From the NCBI GenBank assembly GCA_964648485.1, contig CAZYOF010000017.1:3744-67743 (forward strand): a stretch of 64,000 nucleotides of DNA, in the 5' to 3' direction. This document shows, piece by piece, positions 44,649 through 55,492 of this stretch. The stretch is from an uncultured Leptolinea sp. Lineage in GTDB: Bacteria; Chloroflexota; Anaerolineae; Anaerolineales; Anaerolineaceae. The position numbers and the translations under genes were made by a program. The notes beneath the pieces were generated by a model, which worked only from the letters and a program-made list of their open reading frames with translations, was not told where the DNA came from and made no database searches. Position 1 is the first letter of the stretch. The number at the start of each line of letters is the position of its first letter.

Positions 44649-47600
44649 ATGAGCGAATCCCAGACATCTCAAAGTAACCATTCCTGGTTAGAAAAGCCGG
44701 TCGCTGACTGGTTTCGGAATTTCAACGTAGAGAAGATCATCTTCACACTCATCCTTCTGCTGACGGTTGTGAGCCGCTTTGCCATTCTGGATGCTCGGGT
44801 GATGAGCCACGACGAGGTCAATCACGTGCGACCATCGTGGGAGCTCTACCAGGGGCAGGGATACAGACATGACCCGGTGACGCATGGTCCGATGCAGTTT
44901 CATCTGGTTGCTCTGGCGTACAGTCTGTTCGGAGATAATGATTTCACCTCCCGACTGCCGCAGGCGTTATTCTCGATTGCCACCGTATGGATGGTATGGA
45001 AATTCCGCCGGTACCTGGGCAAGATTGGCGCGATGGCTGCCGCGGTGATGATGCTCATCTCACCGTACATGCTCTTCTATGGAAGATACACCCGCAATGA
45101 AGCCTTTGTCGCCCTTTTCGGCGTGCTGACTCTTTACCTGATGCTGCGTTATCTGGAGAAACCGGAACCCAAATACCTGCTCGGATTAGCTGCGGTGTTT
45201 GCGCTACAATTTGCGACTAAAGAAACTTCCTACATCTACACCGCACAAGCACTGTTGTTCCTGCTCTTTCTATTTATCAAGCGATTGTGGGATATGGAAT
45301 GGTTGGAACCTCGCTCGCGCCGAACGTTTGCGATCGGGCTGGTCGTTGGAGCAATCTGTCTGATCGCTGCGATGGCAGTGGGCATTATTATGTCAGAGGC
45401 TGTCGCTGCTAACAGTGCTGCTTTATCTGAATTAGGGGGAGGAAATGTAGCTGCTGCATCCATTCCCGAACCCTTTAATTACATCATCCTTGTTCTTGCA
45501 GGGATGGGCGTTCTCGCTCTGGGAATGGCTGCCGTCTTTACCGTCATGGGTGTCGGGCTGGAAAAAATCCGGACCGAGCGCAGTTTTGACCTGATCATAA
45601 TGATCGGTACGCTCATCCTGCCGCAACTGACCGCTTTCCCGGTAAAGTTGCTAGGCTGGGATCCATTGGATTATTCTACTGAGGGCATGCTGCGTACCGG
45701 AATCATCCTGGCAATCATCACCGCTGCATCGATTTTGCTGGGTTTATGGTGGAAACGAGATGTATGGTGGAAAGCTGCCGTCATCTTTTATGCCATTTAT
45801 ATATTCTTCTACACCACAGTCTTCACCAATGGTCAGGGTATATTCACCGGTATCATTGGTTCACTGGGATACTGGCTCAATCAGCAGGGCGTTCAACGAG
45901 GCAGCCAACCCTGGTATTTTTATGGCGGCATCCAGATTCCCATCTATGAATTTTTACCCGCCATTGGCGCAATCATCGCGACGATTTATGCGGTGATCCG
46001 CTGGATGAACCCGAATAATCTTGATGTAGAGAAACGGTATTCCATTAAACAGGATTATCCAGACGATGAAGCTCCGATTGGAATCGATGACCAACTACCC
46101 GTCTGGTTACTAATTTACTGGAGTATTATTTCACTGGTTGCCTACAGCATTGCAGGAGAAAAGATGCCATGGCTGACAGTGCACATCGCCTGGCCAATAA
46201 TCCTTCTGGCAGGGTGGAGCTTCGGTATCATCTTAAAACGAATTCATTGGAAAGCCTTATTTACACCTGTAGGCGGGCTCAGCCTGCTTACAGTCATCAT
46301 CTTTGTAGTTGGATTGATCCGGCTGGTAATGCAGTTAAATACCCAGCCGCTACCATTTGCCGGTAATCAACTGGATCAGCTTTCCACCACCTCTGTTTTC
46401 CTATTAACCCTGGTGTTCATTGTCGGATCACTGATGTCGATGTTTTATCTGAAGCGAAAAAATCCTGAAATCCACTTTGGTCAATTAACGGGAGCACTGG
46501 TTTTATTCGTTTTGTTCATCCTTACCGTTCGCGCTTCATACCGGGCGAATTATATTAATTATGATTCAGCCAAAGAGTATCTGGTCTATGCACATGCTGC
46601 CAGAGGGCCCAAAGATATTTTAGAGCAGGTTGAAGAAATATCAGAAAGGGTTACCGGTGGGAAGACTCTGCGAATTGGTTATGACAACTCATCCCTTTAC
46701 CCATACTGGTGGTACCTGCGGGACTATACCAACCTGGATTATTTCGCCGATCAGCCATCCAAGGCAGTCAGGGATGATGCTATTATCCTGGTCGGGAATC
46801 CCAATTATGCAAAGATTGAACCACTTGTTGGAAAAGGGTTTTACAGTTTTGAATACGCCAGATTGTGGTGGCCGAACCAGGATTATTTCAACCTGGATGG
46901 GGCAAGGATCTGGGAAGCTATCTCCAACCCGGATATCCGCGCGGGAATTTTTGATATCTGGTTAAACAGAGATTATCGAAAATACGCGGAAGCTACCAAT
47001 AATCAGAATTTGACAGATGAAACCTGGGAACCTGCTGAAAGGATCCGCCTGTATGTGAAGAAGGATATTGCAGTCCAGATCTGGAACTATGGTCTTTCTC
47101 CTGCTCCAGAAGAAGTTCAGGTTGATCCGTATGAGAGTCAACGAATAGAATTGATGCCTGAATTTGCTTTTGGATCTAGCGGCGATCAACCCGGGCAGTT
47201 TTCTGCTCCGCGCGGGCTGGCGGTTTCTCCAGATGGAACACTTTATGTGGCGGATTCGCGCAATCACCGGATACAACGCTTCTCTGCAGGCGGCGATTTT
47301 ATGCAGGCATGGGGCGGATTTGGAGACCAAACCCAGGGAAGTGTTCCTGGTGGATTATTTAACGAACCGTGGGGTGTCGCCGTTGGACCGGATGGAAGTG
47401 TCTTTGTCACAGATACCTGGAACCATCGAATACAAAAATTCAACGCTAATGGTGAGTTTATTTCCATGTGGGGATACTTCGGGCAGGGCGAAAACCTGAA
47501 CGCTTTGTGGGGTCCACGTGGGATAGCTGTGGACAGCAAAGGAAATGTTTTTGTTGCTGATACCGGGAACAAACGGATTGTAGTTTACGCGTCTGATGGC

Positions 47601-48038
47601 ACCCCGATAACTTCCTTTGGGGAATATGGTTTAGGTCCCGGTCAATTCGATGAACCTGTAGGGGTTGCAATTGACCAGAATGGGTATATCTATGTTACTG
47701 ATACCTGGAATCAGCGGATTCAGGTTTTCACACCTGATATAACCGGAACCGAATATACACTGATTACCTCCTGGGAGATCGCCGGCTGGTATGGTCAATC
47801 ATTGGAGAACAAGCCATTTATTACCATTGGTAAAGATGGCTCGGTATTTGTTACCGACCCGGAACTCTACCGAGTACTGCAGTTTTCAGCCACCGGAGAA
47901 TTTGTCAGAACATGGGGAGATTACAGCACGGAAACAGATGGAATTGGTTTGGCGGCAGGGATAGCCAGTGATCCGGGAGGTGGCATCTACGTCAGCGATG
48001 CACTGAATAACCGGATACTCCATTACATCATCCCATAG
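44649..48038 (+). CDS. Large membrane protein: GT-C/PMT_2-like (ArnT-type) polytopic domain fused to a C-terminal NHL-repeat beta-propeller
   Basis: The N-terminal 600 aa or so is polytopic with an early DE..H motif (MSHDEVNHV). The C-terminus has six repeats of the form G.F..P.G[VI]A[VI]...G.[IV][FY]V[AT]D..N.RI[QV].F. Confidence 0.7.
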   Translation: MSESQTSQSNHSWLEKPVADWFRNFNVEKIIFTLILLLTVVSRFAILDARVMSHDEVNHVRPSWELYQGQGYRHDPVTHGPMQFHLVALAYSLFGDNDFTSRLPQALFSIATVWMVWKFRRYLGKIGAMAAAVMMLISPYMLFYGRYTRNEAFVALFGVLTLYLMLRYLEKPEPKYLLGLAAVFALQFATKETSYIYTAQALLFLLFLFIKRLWDMEWLEPRSRRTFAIGLVVGAICLIAAMAVGIIMSEAVAANSAALSELGGGNVAAASIPEPFNYIILVLAGMGVLALGMAAVFTVMGVGLEKIRTERSFDLIIMIGTLILPQLTAFPVKLLGWDPLDYSTEGMLRTGIILAIITAASILLGLWWKRDVWWKAAVIFYAIYIFFYTTVFTNGQGIFTGIIGSLGYWLNQQGVQRGSQPWYFYGGIQIPIYEFLPAIGAIIATIYAVIRWMNPNNLDVEKRYSIKQDYPDDEAPIGIDDQLPVWLLIYWSIISLVAYSIAGEKMPWLTVHIAWPIILLAGWSFGIILKRIHWKALFTPVGGLSLLTVIIFVVGLIRLVMQLNTQPLPFAGNQLDQLSTTSVFLLTLVFIVGSLMSMFYLKRKNPEIHFGQLTGALVLFVLFILTVRASYRANYINYDSAKEYLVYAHAARGPKDILEQVEEISERVTGGKTLRIGYDNSSLYPYWWYLRDYTNLDYFADQPSKAVRDDAIILVGNPNYAKIEPLVGKGFYSFEYARLWWPNQDYFNLDGARIWEAISNPDIRAGIFDIWLNRDYRKYAEATNNQNLTDETWEPAERIRLYVKKDIAVQIWNYGLSPAPEEVQVDPYESQRIELMPEFAFGSSGDQPGQFSAPRGLAVSPDGTLYVADSRNHRIQRFSAGGDFMQAWGGFGDQTQGSVPGGLFNEPWGVAVGPDGSVFVTDTWNHRIQKFNANGEFISMWGYFGQGENLNALWGPRGIAVDSKGNVFVADTGNKRIVVYASDGTPITSFGEYGLGPGQFDEPVGVAIDQNGYIYVTDTWNQRIQVFTPDITGTEYTLITSWEIAGWYGQSLENKPFITIGKDGSVFVTDPELYRVLQFSATGEFVRTWGDYSTETDGIGLAAGIASDPGGGIYVSDALNNRILHYIIP

Positions 48039-48050
48039 CGATTAATTTCC

Positions 48051-48086
48051 ATACCGGAAGCTTAAGCAAGCTTCCGGTATTTTTAT
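48051..48086. terminator. Bidirectional intrinsic terminator between convergent genes
   Basis: 13-bp perfect stem ataccggaagctt / aagcttccggtat with loop aagc, followed by ttttt. Confidence 0.8.
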
Positions 48087-48089
48087 ATT

Positions 48090-48986
48090 TTATTCGGGTA
48101 AAGATGACCAGCGTGCATATAGGGCATGGGAAATAAATTTACCCTGTGTGTTATCTTTTGAAGCAAGCTCGCCTACCTGAAGAACCCCTTTGTGTTCGCT
48201 CATCATCTCATCAATCGCCCCATGCAGGGTTAATGCAGAGGATTTAACTGCGTAGGCTGTCATCACAATAAACAGGGGATTGGAAGATAACACCTGCCTG
48301 CATGCAGCCAGGAGGTCCGGGATAAGATCAAAAAATTCCCAGATTTCACCTTTAGGACCCCGGCCAAATTTGGGGGGGTCAAGAATGATCCCATCATAGA
48401 AGTTTTCTCTACGGGCTTCCCTTTGCGTGAATTTCAGGGCATCATCCACAATCCAGCGAACTGGTTTGTCGAGTAATTCAGATAAAACTTGATTATCCTT
48501 CGCGTAGATAATCGCTTTTTTGGACGCATCTACGTGGGTGACCTGAGCTCCTGCTGACGCTGCTGCCAGCGAAGCCATCCCTGTATAGCCAAACAGGTTG
48601 AGGACGCGAACTGGTCGATTCGCAAGATCAATCTGATTGTGAATCCAATCCCAGTGGGTAGCCTGTTCTGGGAAGAGACCCACATGGCGGGAAGCCGTAG
48701 GCTGCACCCAGCATTTTAAGTCTTTATATTGAATCGGCCATCTTGCCGGTAATTGATTATTGAATACCCAGTGACCGCCATTTTCTTCCCGGGTAACCTG
48801 GAAAAACGCATCTGCTTTATTCCATCTTGCAGGGGGGAGTGCTTTCGACCATACTGCCTGAGCTTCAGGCCTGGCAAATATGAATTTACCAAATCGTTCG
48901 AGTTTGTAACCTTCTCCGGTGTCAATTAATTCATAGTCACGCCAGGCGTTGGAGCAGAGAGTGTGGATGAGAGGTATCTTGTTCAT
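48090..48986 (-). CDS. Class I SAM-dependent methyltransferase (RlmI/PF10672-like RNA methyltransferase)
   Basis: VLNLFGYTGMASLAAA (motif I) and ILDPPKFGRG (motif IV, DPP). 298 aa. Confidence 0.7.
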   Translation of the reverse strand: MNKIPLIHTLCSNAWRDYELIDTGEGYKLERFGKFIFARPEAQAVWSKALPPARWNKADAFFQVTREENGGHWVFNNQLPARWPIQYKDLKCWVQPTASRHVGLFPEQATHWDWIHNQIDLANRPVRVLNLFGYTGMASLAAASAGAQVTHVDASKKAIIYAKDNQVLSELLDKPVRWIVDDALKFTQREARRENFYDGIILDPPKFGRGPKGEIWEFFDLIPDLLAACRQVLSSNPLFIVMTAYAVKSSALTLHGAIDEMMSEHKGVLQVGELASKDNTQGKFISHALYARWSSLPE

Positions 48987-49129
48987 AAAGAAAAGTATAA
49001 TCTAATTTTTTGTAGGAGATGAAAGATCCAGTAATGAGAGCCAGCTCTAATAATATAGAACAAATGTCTATAATATGATAAAATGATCCATCTGATAGAG
49101 AATTTGTATTTATCCGGTAAGAGGGAAAA

Positions 49130-51169
49130 ATGGACTTTGAACTTCATGCACCATATCAGGCAACAGGAGATCAGCCCGAGGCGATTAAACAATTAGTCCG
49201 TGGGATTGAATCAGGCATGAAACATCAGGTCTTATTAGGAGCAACTGGAACCGGAAAGACATTCACGATTGCCAAAATCATTCAACAAATACAGAAACCA
49301 ACACTGGTAATGGCACATAATAAAACGCTCGCAGCCCAGCTATATGCGGAGTTTAAGGAGTTTTTTCCAAATAATGCAGTAGAGTATTTTGTTTCTTACT
49401 ATGATTACTACCAGCCTGAAGCATACGTACCGAGACGGGATTTGTATATCGAAAAAGAAACAGATATTAATGAGGAAATTGAGAGGTTGCGGCTTGCAGC
49501 TACAACCGCATTGATGAGTCGAAAAGATGTAATTATTGTTGCTTCCGTTTCCTGCATTTATGGATTGGGAAATCCAGAAGAGTTTGGTAAAGGATTAGTG
49601 CATTTAGTAAAAGGGGAGATTTACAGACGAAATGCACTGCTCAGGCAATTGGTAGAAAGCCAGTACCAGCGTAATGATGTGGAGATTAAACCGGGTGCAT
49701 TCCGGATTCGCGGAGATATGCTTGAGGTTATGCCGGCGTATGAAAAAGAACACATTTACCGGATCAGTTTTTTTGGGGATGAGGTGGAATGGATCAGAGA
49801 TGTGCATCCGGTCACCGGGGAAATATTTCAGGATCTGGCAGAATTAGATATCTATCCGGCGAAGCATTACATCACTGAGGATGAGAGATTGAAAACGGCT
49901 ATCCACAATATTGAAGCAGAGCTGGATGAAAGAATTGAATATTTTAAAAAAAATAACATGTTATTAGAAGCTCAACGGATTGAACAGCGCTGTCGTTATG
50001 ACCTGGAGATGCTAAAAGAAGTAGGTTATTGTTCTGGAATAGAAAATTATTCAAGACATATTGATGAACGACCACAGGGGAGTGCTCCCTGGACATTAAT
50101 AGATTATTTACCGACTGACTATCTGCTGGTATTAGATGAAAGCCATATGACAGTTCCACAAATCAGAGGCATGTACAATGGCGACCAGAGCCGTAAGCAG
50201 GTTCTGGTTGATTACGGTTTCAGACTACCCTCGGCTCTGGATAACCGTCCGCTGAAATTTGAAGAGTTTGAAACGCACATGGAGCGGGTGATCTATACCT
50301 CGGCAACCCCCGGACCGTATGAGATGAAAAAGGCAGATCAGGTGGTTGAGCAGATTATTCGACCTACCGGACTACTGGATCCGGAGGTGGAAGTGTTACC
50401 GACAGCCGGACAGATCGATCACCTTATCGGAGAAATTAAAAAAAGAGTTGCCAACAGTGAAAGAGTGCTGGTGACCACACTTACCAAACGGATGGCAGAA
50501 GATCTTGCCAAGTATCTTGAAGAAATTGGTACCAAGGTGCAATATCTTCACTCTGAAGTGGAAACGCTGGAGAGGGTAAGCATATTGCGGGATTTGCGGA
50601 TGGGCGCATATGATGTTCTGGTGGGCATCAACCTGCTCAGAGAAGGACTTGACCTCCCGGAAGTATCTCTTGTCGCGATATTAGATGCGGATAAGGAAGG
50701 GTTTTTAAGATCTGATACTTCCCTCATCCAGACAATAGGTAGGGCAGCCAGGCATGTCAATGGTAAAGTTATCATGTACGCCGATAAAATGACGGATTCC
50801 ATGAAAAGGGCATTGGACGAAACCAACCGGCGCAGGAAAAAACAATACGATTACAATCAGAAACATGGGATTGAACCGGTAAGTATCCATAAAGAGGTAA
50901 GAGACCTCACATCCAGATTGACCTCTGGCGCAATGATCTCTGAAAAACAAGCCGAGTACCGGACAGGAAAGCATCCTGTTATGATGCCCAAAGGTGAATT
51001 TATCAAAGTCATAGCAGAAATGGAAAAGCAGATGAAAGCGCTCGCCAGGGATATGGAATTTGAACGGGCTGCTGTTTTACGCGATGAGATTTATGAATTA
51101 AAAAATATGTATGCCGAGATGTCTGATTTACCGCCCTGGGAAAAAGCTGCAATTCTGGCAATGAAATGA
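49130..51169 (+). CDS. uvrB: Excinuclease ABC subunit B
   Basis: GDQP.AI..L, Walker [13 protein letters not shown] box, beta-hairpin region and a C-terminal UVR domain ([11 protein letters not shown]). Confidence 0.97.
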   Translation: MDFELHAPYQATGDQPEAIKQLVRGIESGMKHQVLLGATGTGKTFTIAKIIQQIQKPTLVMAHNKTLAAQLYAEFKEFFPNNAVEYFVSYYDYYQPEAYVPRRDLYIEKETDINEEIERLRLAATTALMSRKDVIIVASVSCIYGLGNPEEFGKGLVHLVKGEIYRRNALLRQLVESQYQRNDVEIKPGAFRIRGDMLEVMPAYEKEHIYRISFFGDEVEWIRDVHPVTGEIFQDLAELDIYPAKHYITEDERLKTAIHNIEAELDERIEYFKKNNMLLEAQRIEQRCRYDLEMLKEVGYCSGIENYSRHIDERPQGSAPWTLIDYLPTDYLLVLDESHMTVPQIRGMYNGDQSRKQVLVDYGFRLPSALDNRPLKFEEFETHMERVIYTSATPGPYEMKKADQVVEQIIRPTGLLDPEVEVLPTAGQIDHLIGEIKKRVANSERVLVTTLTKRMAEDLAKYLEEIGTKVQYLHSEVETLERVSILRDLRMGAYDVLVGINLLREGLDLPEVSLVAILDADKEGFLRSDTSLIQTIGRAARHVNGKVIMYADKMTDSMKRALDETNRRRKKQYDYNQKHGIEPVSIHKEVRDLTSRLTSGAMISEKQAEYRTGKHPVMMPKGEFIKVIAEMEKQMKALARDMEFERAAVLRDEIYELKNMYAEMSDLPPWEKAAILAMK

Positions 51170-51176
51170 AACAAAA

Positions 51177-51467
51177 TTACTCCGATACCCAGGTGGTACG
51201 GATATCAAATGAAGAGAATTCTCCGGTGGCAAATTCCCACTCAATTTTCACGTCAGTAACATGAGCCGGAGGCTGACCTTGAGAAACTTTCGCAAGAAAT
51301 GGAATCAGTTGTGTCTCTTCTCCTTCTGCCACAACTTCCACTTCACCAGAATAGAGATTCCTTACCCAACCAGTAACGTTTTCCTGTGATGCAATTATTT
51401 CTACAAAATTGCGAAAACCAACACGTTGAACCCTTCCCTGGATAATCGTGTGTAATCGCTTTTTCAT
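51177..51467 (-). CDS. Acylphosphatase
   Basis: 96 aa. IQGRVQRVGFRNF and GWVRN signatures. Confidence 0.85.
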   Translation of the reverse strand: MKKRLHTIIQGRVQRVGFRNFVEIIASQENVTGWVRNLYSGEVEVVAEGEETQLIPFLAKVSQGQPPAHVTDVKIEWEFATGEFSSFDIRTTWVSE

Positions 51468-51477
51468 TTTTCCCCCA

Positions 51478-52452
51478 TTAATCTGATGTTTCTTCCTCTA
51501 CATCAAGCAGATCAAAATTTGCCAATCCATCGTTAAATGCCAGATTATCCATCGCATTTTCAATAAAATCGGCAAGTTCATCATCAATATCACTTTCCAT
51601 AATTTCTTCGAATTTGTCTTTTACGCCCTGTCCGCCTATCTGCGAAAGGGTCCATATGGCAGCGTAATAGACTTCTTCATCAAGATCAGATTGATCAATC
51701 AAATCCAGCAAATCTTCGCGAATTTCCTGGATTTCCAATTCTCCAGCTGCCCTGATGGCTTCCAGTTGAACCAGAGGTGAGTTGTGATAGATATTTGATT
51801 GAACAAGTTGATTCCACTGATCATCTGCAGATCTGCCCATCGCAAATAGCGCACTCGCGATATCTTCAATCCGATTTGATTGGTACATGGCATTAATATA
51901 TTGATCTACTGCATCGCGACTGGAAAAACCCAGTGATTCGAGAGCCCGTCTTTTGACTTCTGGAGAGCGGGTTGAATTATAGGTATCCATAACCGCATCC
52001 ACTATCTTGTTCAAAGTCTTTTCAGGGATTTCTTCCAACTCACCTTCATAAATAAATGAACCGAGCGCAGAAGCTGCCGCAGCCTGTACCATTTGATCTG
52101 GATCGGTTTGCATCATCTGGATAAATGTATCAGCAAGTTTGAGATCTTCACATTCCCAGAGAAGCCGAATAGCCAATACTCGTACATTAGGATCAGGGTC
52201 GTTCAAAGCGTGCAGGGCAATGGCATCAAAATTTGTCAGCGTATCAGATTCGGCGAGGTTTTCTAAATCGCTCAAAAGATTTATTCGCCGATCTACCGTT
52301 ATTTGATCCCAAACAGCTACCAGGGAAGATAGATCAGCATTGTTAATATCAGAAAAATTCATCAAATACCTGGCAGGAAACATGTGTTCCTGGTCAAGGA
52401 GTGATTTGATTATGTCAGAAAAGAGAGTTTTGCTTTGTGAGGGCATGATCAC
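51478..52452 (-). CDS. Acidic HEAT-repeat protein
   Basis: Repeated D.DP.VR..A...L type helical repeats. Strongly acidic C-terminus. Confidence 0.55.
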   Translation of the reverse strand: MIMPSQSKTLFSDIIKSLLDQEHMFPARYLMNFSDINNADLSSLVAVWDQITVDRRINLLSDLENLAESDTLTNFDAIALHALNDPDPNVRVLAIRLLWECEDLKLADTFIQMMQTDPDQMVQAAAASALGSFIYEGELEEIPEKTLNKIVDAVMDTYNSTRSPEVKRRALESLGFSSRDAVDQYINAMYQSNRIEDIASALFAMGRSADDQWNQLVQSNIYHNSPLVQLEAIRAAGELEIQEIREDLLDLIDQSDLDEEVYYAAIWTLSQIGGQGVKDKFEEIMESDIDDELADFIENAMDNLAFNDGLANFDLLDVEEETSD

Positions 52453-52454
52453 CT

Positions 52455-53537
52455 TTATGGAAGTTTGATTGGATTGAACAGATCTTGTAATGTAACGAAA
52501 GCCATAAACAGCAACAATGCGGTAAATCCCACCATGTGCAGGAAGTTTTCATACTTTGCCGGTACCCGCCGCTTAAGGAAAAGCTCAGGCAAGGTGAATA
52601 AAATTCTCCCACCATCCAATGCTGGTATTGGCAGCAGATTTGTAATACCCAAAGCTATTGAAATATATGCGATAAAGGTCATCACGCTTGTGGCGGGTTG
52701 CGAACTGGGCATGCTCTGTACTTCCTGATCACGTTCGTTTGCAGCCTCATAAATACTGAATATCCCGATTGGTCCGACCACACGTGCCTGATCTGCAGGA
52801 ACATCTCCCCTGATGAGGCGGACTGGCATGGTCATGGTCTGATAGCTTAAATCCAATGTCGTCAAACCCGCCATGGGAAGCGCCTGAAAAACAGTAATAG
52901 GTGTCGTTGGATTGCCCATCACAATTCCAAGCGGTCCCTGCCCTTCAGGCGGGGTTGCCCGCGGAGTTGTGGATAAGGTTATCTGCGAGCCATTTCTTTC
53001 AACCAGGATATCTATTGCTTTACCTTTTTCTGATTGAACAATTTGATGAATGCTCTCCATGCTCGAAATTTTTTGACCATTTATCTCCAGCACAATATCA
53101 CCAATCAACAGTCCAGATTGAGCTGCCGGAGAATCTGGTACTACATCTTGAATCTGAACTCGGGAAATATCAGGGGAGCCAATACGAGTAAACATAAATG
53201 TAAAAATAAGAAATCCGACCAGTAAATTCATGACAGGTCCACCAAACAGGACTGCCAGACGTACCCATGGATTTGCAGAAGCCAATCCACCTGGAGTATC
53301 AGGGTCATTCTCACCTTTAGGACGAACAAATGCTCCGAAAGGAATCCAATTTAGTGTAAAATCAGTCCCCTGAAAAGTGAATAATTTTTTTGCTCTGGGA
53401 GGGAAACCAAAGCCAAATTCCTCCACTTCGATTTTGAATAATCTCGCCATAATATAATGACCAAACTCATGGGCGAAAATAAGTAATCCGAGGACAATGA
53501 CAAACTGAAGAATTGTGAGTAATAAATTTCCGGTCAT
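52455..53537 (-). CDS. M50-family site-2 (RseP-type) intramembrane zinc metalloprotease with a PDZ domain
   Basis: HEFGHY zinc motif in TM1, a central PDZ domain (GDIVLEINGQKI) and a C-terminal NLLPIPALDGG motif. Confidence 0.9.
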   Translation of the reverse strand: MTGNLLLTILQFVIVLGLLIFAHEFGHYIMARLFKIEVEEFGFGFPPRAKKLFTFQGTDFTLNWIPFGAFVRPKGENDPDTPGGLASANPWVRLAVLFGGPVMNLLVGFLIFTFMFTRIGSPDISRVQIQDVVPDSPAAQSGLLIGDIVLEINGQKISSMESIHQIVQSEKGKAIDILVERNGSQITLSTTPRATPPEGQGPLGIVMGNPTTPITVFQALPMAGLTTLDLSYQTMTMPVRLIRGDVPADQARVVGPIGIFSIYEAANERDQEVQSMPSSQPATSVMTFIAYISIALGITNLLPIPALDGGRILFTLPELFLKRRVPAKYENFLHMVGFTALLLFMAFVTLQDLFNPIKLP

Positions 53538-53602
53538 CTATACACCTATAAGGACATTATAACGTGTGAATATTAGATTTTCATAACAGCCTGATGAAGG
53601 TT

Positions 53603-54583
53603 TTATGCAGAAAGTAATCTCGCTGAACCGCCAGGATGGGCAATGTAATGTGCCTGGATAAATGAGATTTTATTGATTTCTGCAATTAGGGCGGTGGTGT
53701 TCTCAGCAATTGTAATCAGATGAACATTAGGTCCAGCGTCAATAGTAAAAGCTATCGAGAGCCCATTTTTACGCCAAAGCCTGACCTGCTCAATGATTTG
53801 GTAGGTTAAAGAATTCCAATAGAAGAGAGGAGGTGTTGAAGTCATCATTACGGCATGCATCATTAAACAATCCAACTCAACAATCTCAGCGAATACTGAA
53901 AAATCTTTGGCCAGAAGCGCTGCTCTACAGATATCCAGACGGCGAGGTGCATCTGATACTCTTGCACTTTGAAAGGGAGAAGTTGACGCCAGGTGATGGC
54001 CTTCGCTTGATCCGGTTTTTTTATGTGCCTGATCAAGAACTAGGACAACATCCACCAGATCCCATCCACCGGGGGGCAGGATGGAGAAAGCGTAAGATGA
54101 GAGGTCGTCTTCTCCGGGAGACCATTCCACAAATCCGGCAGGAATAGAACGAGAAGCGGAACCTGATCCGAGCCTGGCTAGTCGTGAAAGTTCAGATTCG
54201 GTAAGATTTATCCCCAGGGCAGCAGAACCGGCGAGAGCTAAAGCGGCAAAAGCTGAAGCAGAGGATGCTATTCCACTGCCTGTGGGGAAATTGTTTGTAG
54301 ATTGGATAACCGCCTGAGACCGATTTCCAGATTGTTTGCGTAGAATATCCAGAAAATCGGAAACCCGTTTCGATTGGGTCGGGTCTGCCTGTATCCCATT
54401 GATTATTATTTTATCTGATTTGAGATTTTCATTAAAGGTGACAGTGGTCCGAGTTTCTAATTCCATTAAATTCATCGAAATGGACCCGTTCGAAGGAATC
54501 CGTAAACGGTCATCCCGGTTCCCCCAGTATTTAATAAAGGCAATGTTCGGATGTGCAATGGCAGTAGCAGATAATTCGGTCAA
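53603..54583 (-). CDS. Mevalonate-pathway decarboxylase of the GHMP superfamily (diphosphomevalonate or phosphomevalonate decarboxylase)
   Basis: AHPNIAFIKYWGNRD, GSGIASSASAFAAL and RLGSGSASRS motifs. Confidence 0.85.
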   Translation of the reverse strand: MTELSATAIAHPNIAFIKYWGNRDDRLRIPSNGSISMNLMELETRTTVTFNENLKSDKIIINGIQADPTQSKRVSDFLDILRKQSGNRSQAVIQSTNNFPTGSGIASSASAFAALALAGSAALGINLTESELSRLARLGSGSASRSIPAGFVEWSPGEDDLSSYAFSILPPGGWDLVDVVLVLDQAHKKTGSSEGHHLASTSPFQSARVSDAPRRLDICRAALLAKDFSVFAEIVELDCLMMHAVMMTSTPPLFYWNSLTYQIIEQVRLWRKNGLSIAFTIDAGPNVHLITIAENTTALIAEINKISFIQAHYIAHPGGSARLLSA

Positions 54584-54621
54584 CTCAGTCTTTCCCTCAT
54601 ATTCGGATATGCTTTATTTTA

Positions 54622-55356
54622 TCAGCGAACCGGATACGCAAAGGAAAGACTTGTATCATCAATCGACCCAACAATTTCTCCATCCATTACTGTGGCACTC
54701 CAGAATGGCGTAGTTTTTTCAGCTGAATATCCAAGGCAGTAATGACCTTCAAAGGTTGAAGAATAATTACCAAAACCCGAATATGTGCAGGTATCTTTAT
54801 TATAGATGCCGAAAAAATCAAAATCTATGTTTACTTTACATTCAGAATTTAAACTTGTGTCAATAAATTCGATTTGGATATACCCATTTACTTTTCGATC
54901 TGTAAGTGGGTAATTTAAAACAAAATCATTATCATTATCTCGGTAATAATACCTGCTATCTCTGATTTGAATTTCTCCATCGAATTTCTGTAATCCTTCA
55001 ATTATGGATGAACAAAACTGTAACGCTTCTTCGGCGGTTTCGCCACCCTGCATGACTTCGAGAAGGCAAGGTTTGTATTCATCTTCGATCACCGAGTTGC
55101 AGTGCAGGTTATTTTCTTTCAACCTATTAAGTTCTTCTTCCCACAACTGATCAAAAGAATAATCCCTGATATCAGCATAAGGTGTAGGCTCAGAGTACGA
55201 ATCAGGATCTATCAGGTAAATTACCCTATCATAGATCGTCTGTGGTAACTTACATGAAATACTTATAATCACAAGAATAATTAATAACGTTATTAACTGA
55301 GGAGGAAAACCATATGAATGTTTATGATTATCAGAAGTATTCATAATTCCCTCCAT
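54622..55356 (-). CDS. Membrane-anchored hypothetical protein
   Basis: A single N-terminal TM helix followed by a soluble Cys-containing domain. No recognisable family. Confidence 0.4.
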   Translation of the reverse strand: MEGIMNTSDNHKHSYGFPPQLITLLIILVIISISCKLPQTIYDRVIYLIDPDSYSEPTPYADIRDYSFDQLWEEELNRLKENNLHCNSVIEDEYKPCLLEVMQGGETAEEALQFCSSIIEGLQKFDGEIQIRDSRYYYRDNDNDFVLNYPLTDRKVNGYIQIEFIDTSLNSECKVNIDFDFFGIYNKDTCTYSGFGNYSSTFEGHYCLGYSAEKTTPFWSATVMDGEIVGSIDDTSLSFAYPVR

Positions 55357-55492
55357 CTAATTATTTGATAATAGAAAAGAGGAAGTAGAATCTTTCTTTA
55401 TACTCTTATCATAGCAAAAACCTGATATTCCACAATATCCTCTCTCCTTTCGGTAGTTTGAATCCATAAAAGATAATTATTAAAAAATTATA

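Noticed and set aside
48983-49192. 69-aa minus-strand ORF spanning the methyltransferase-uvrB intergenic region and the uvrB start.
   Set aside because: It overlaps the well-supported uvrB start, is AT-rich, and encodes an Ile/Leu/Phe/Tyr-rich product without an SD. It is most likely promoter DNA.
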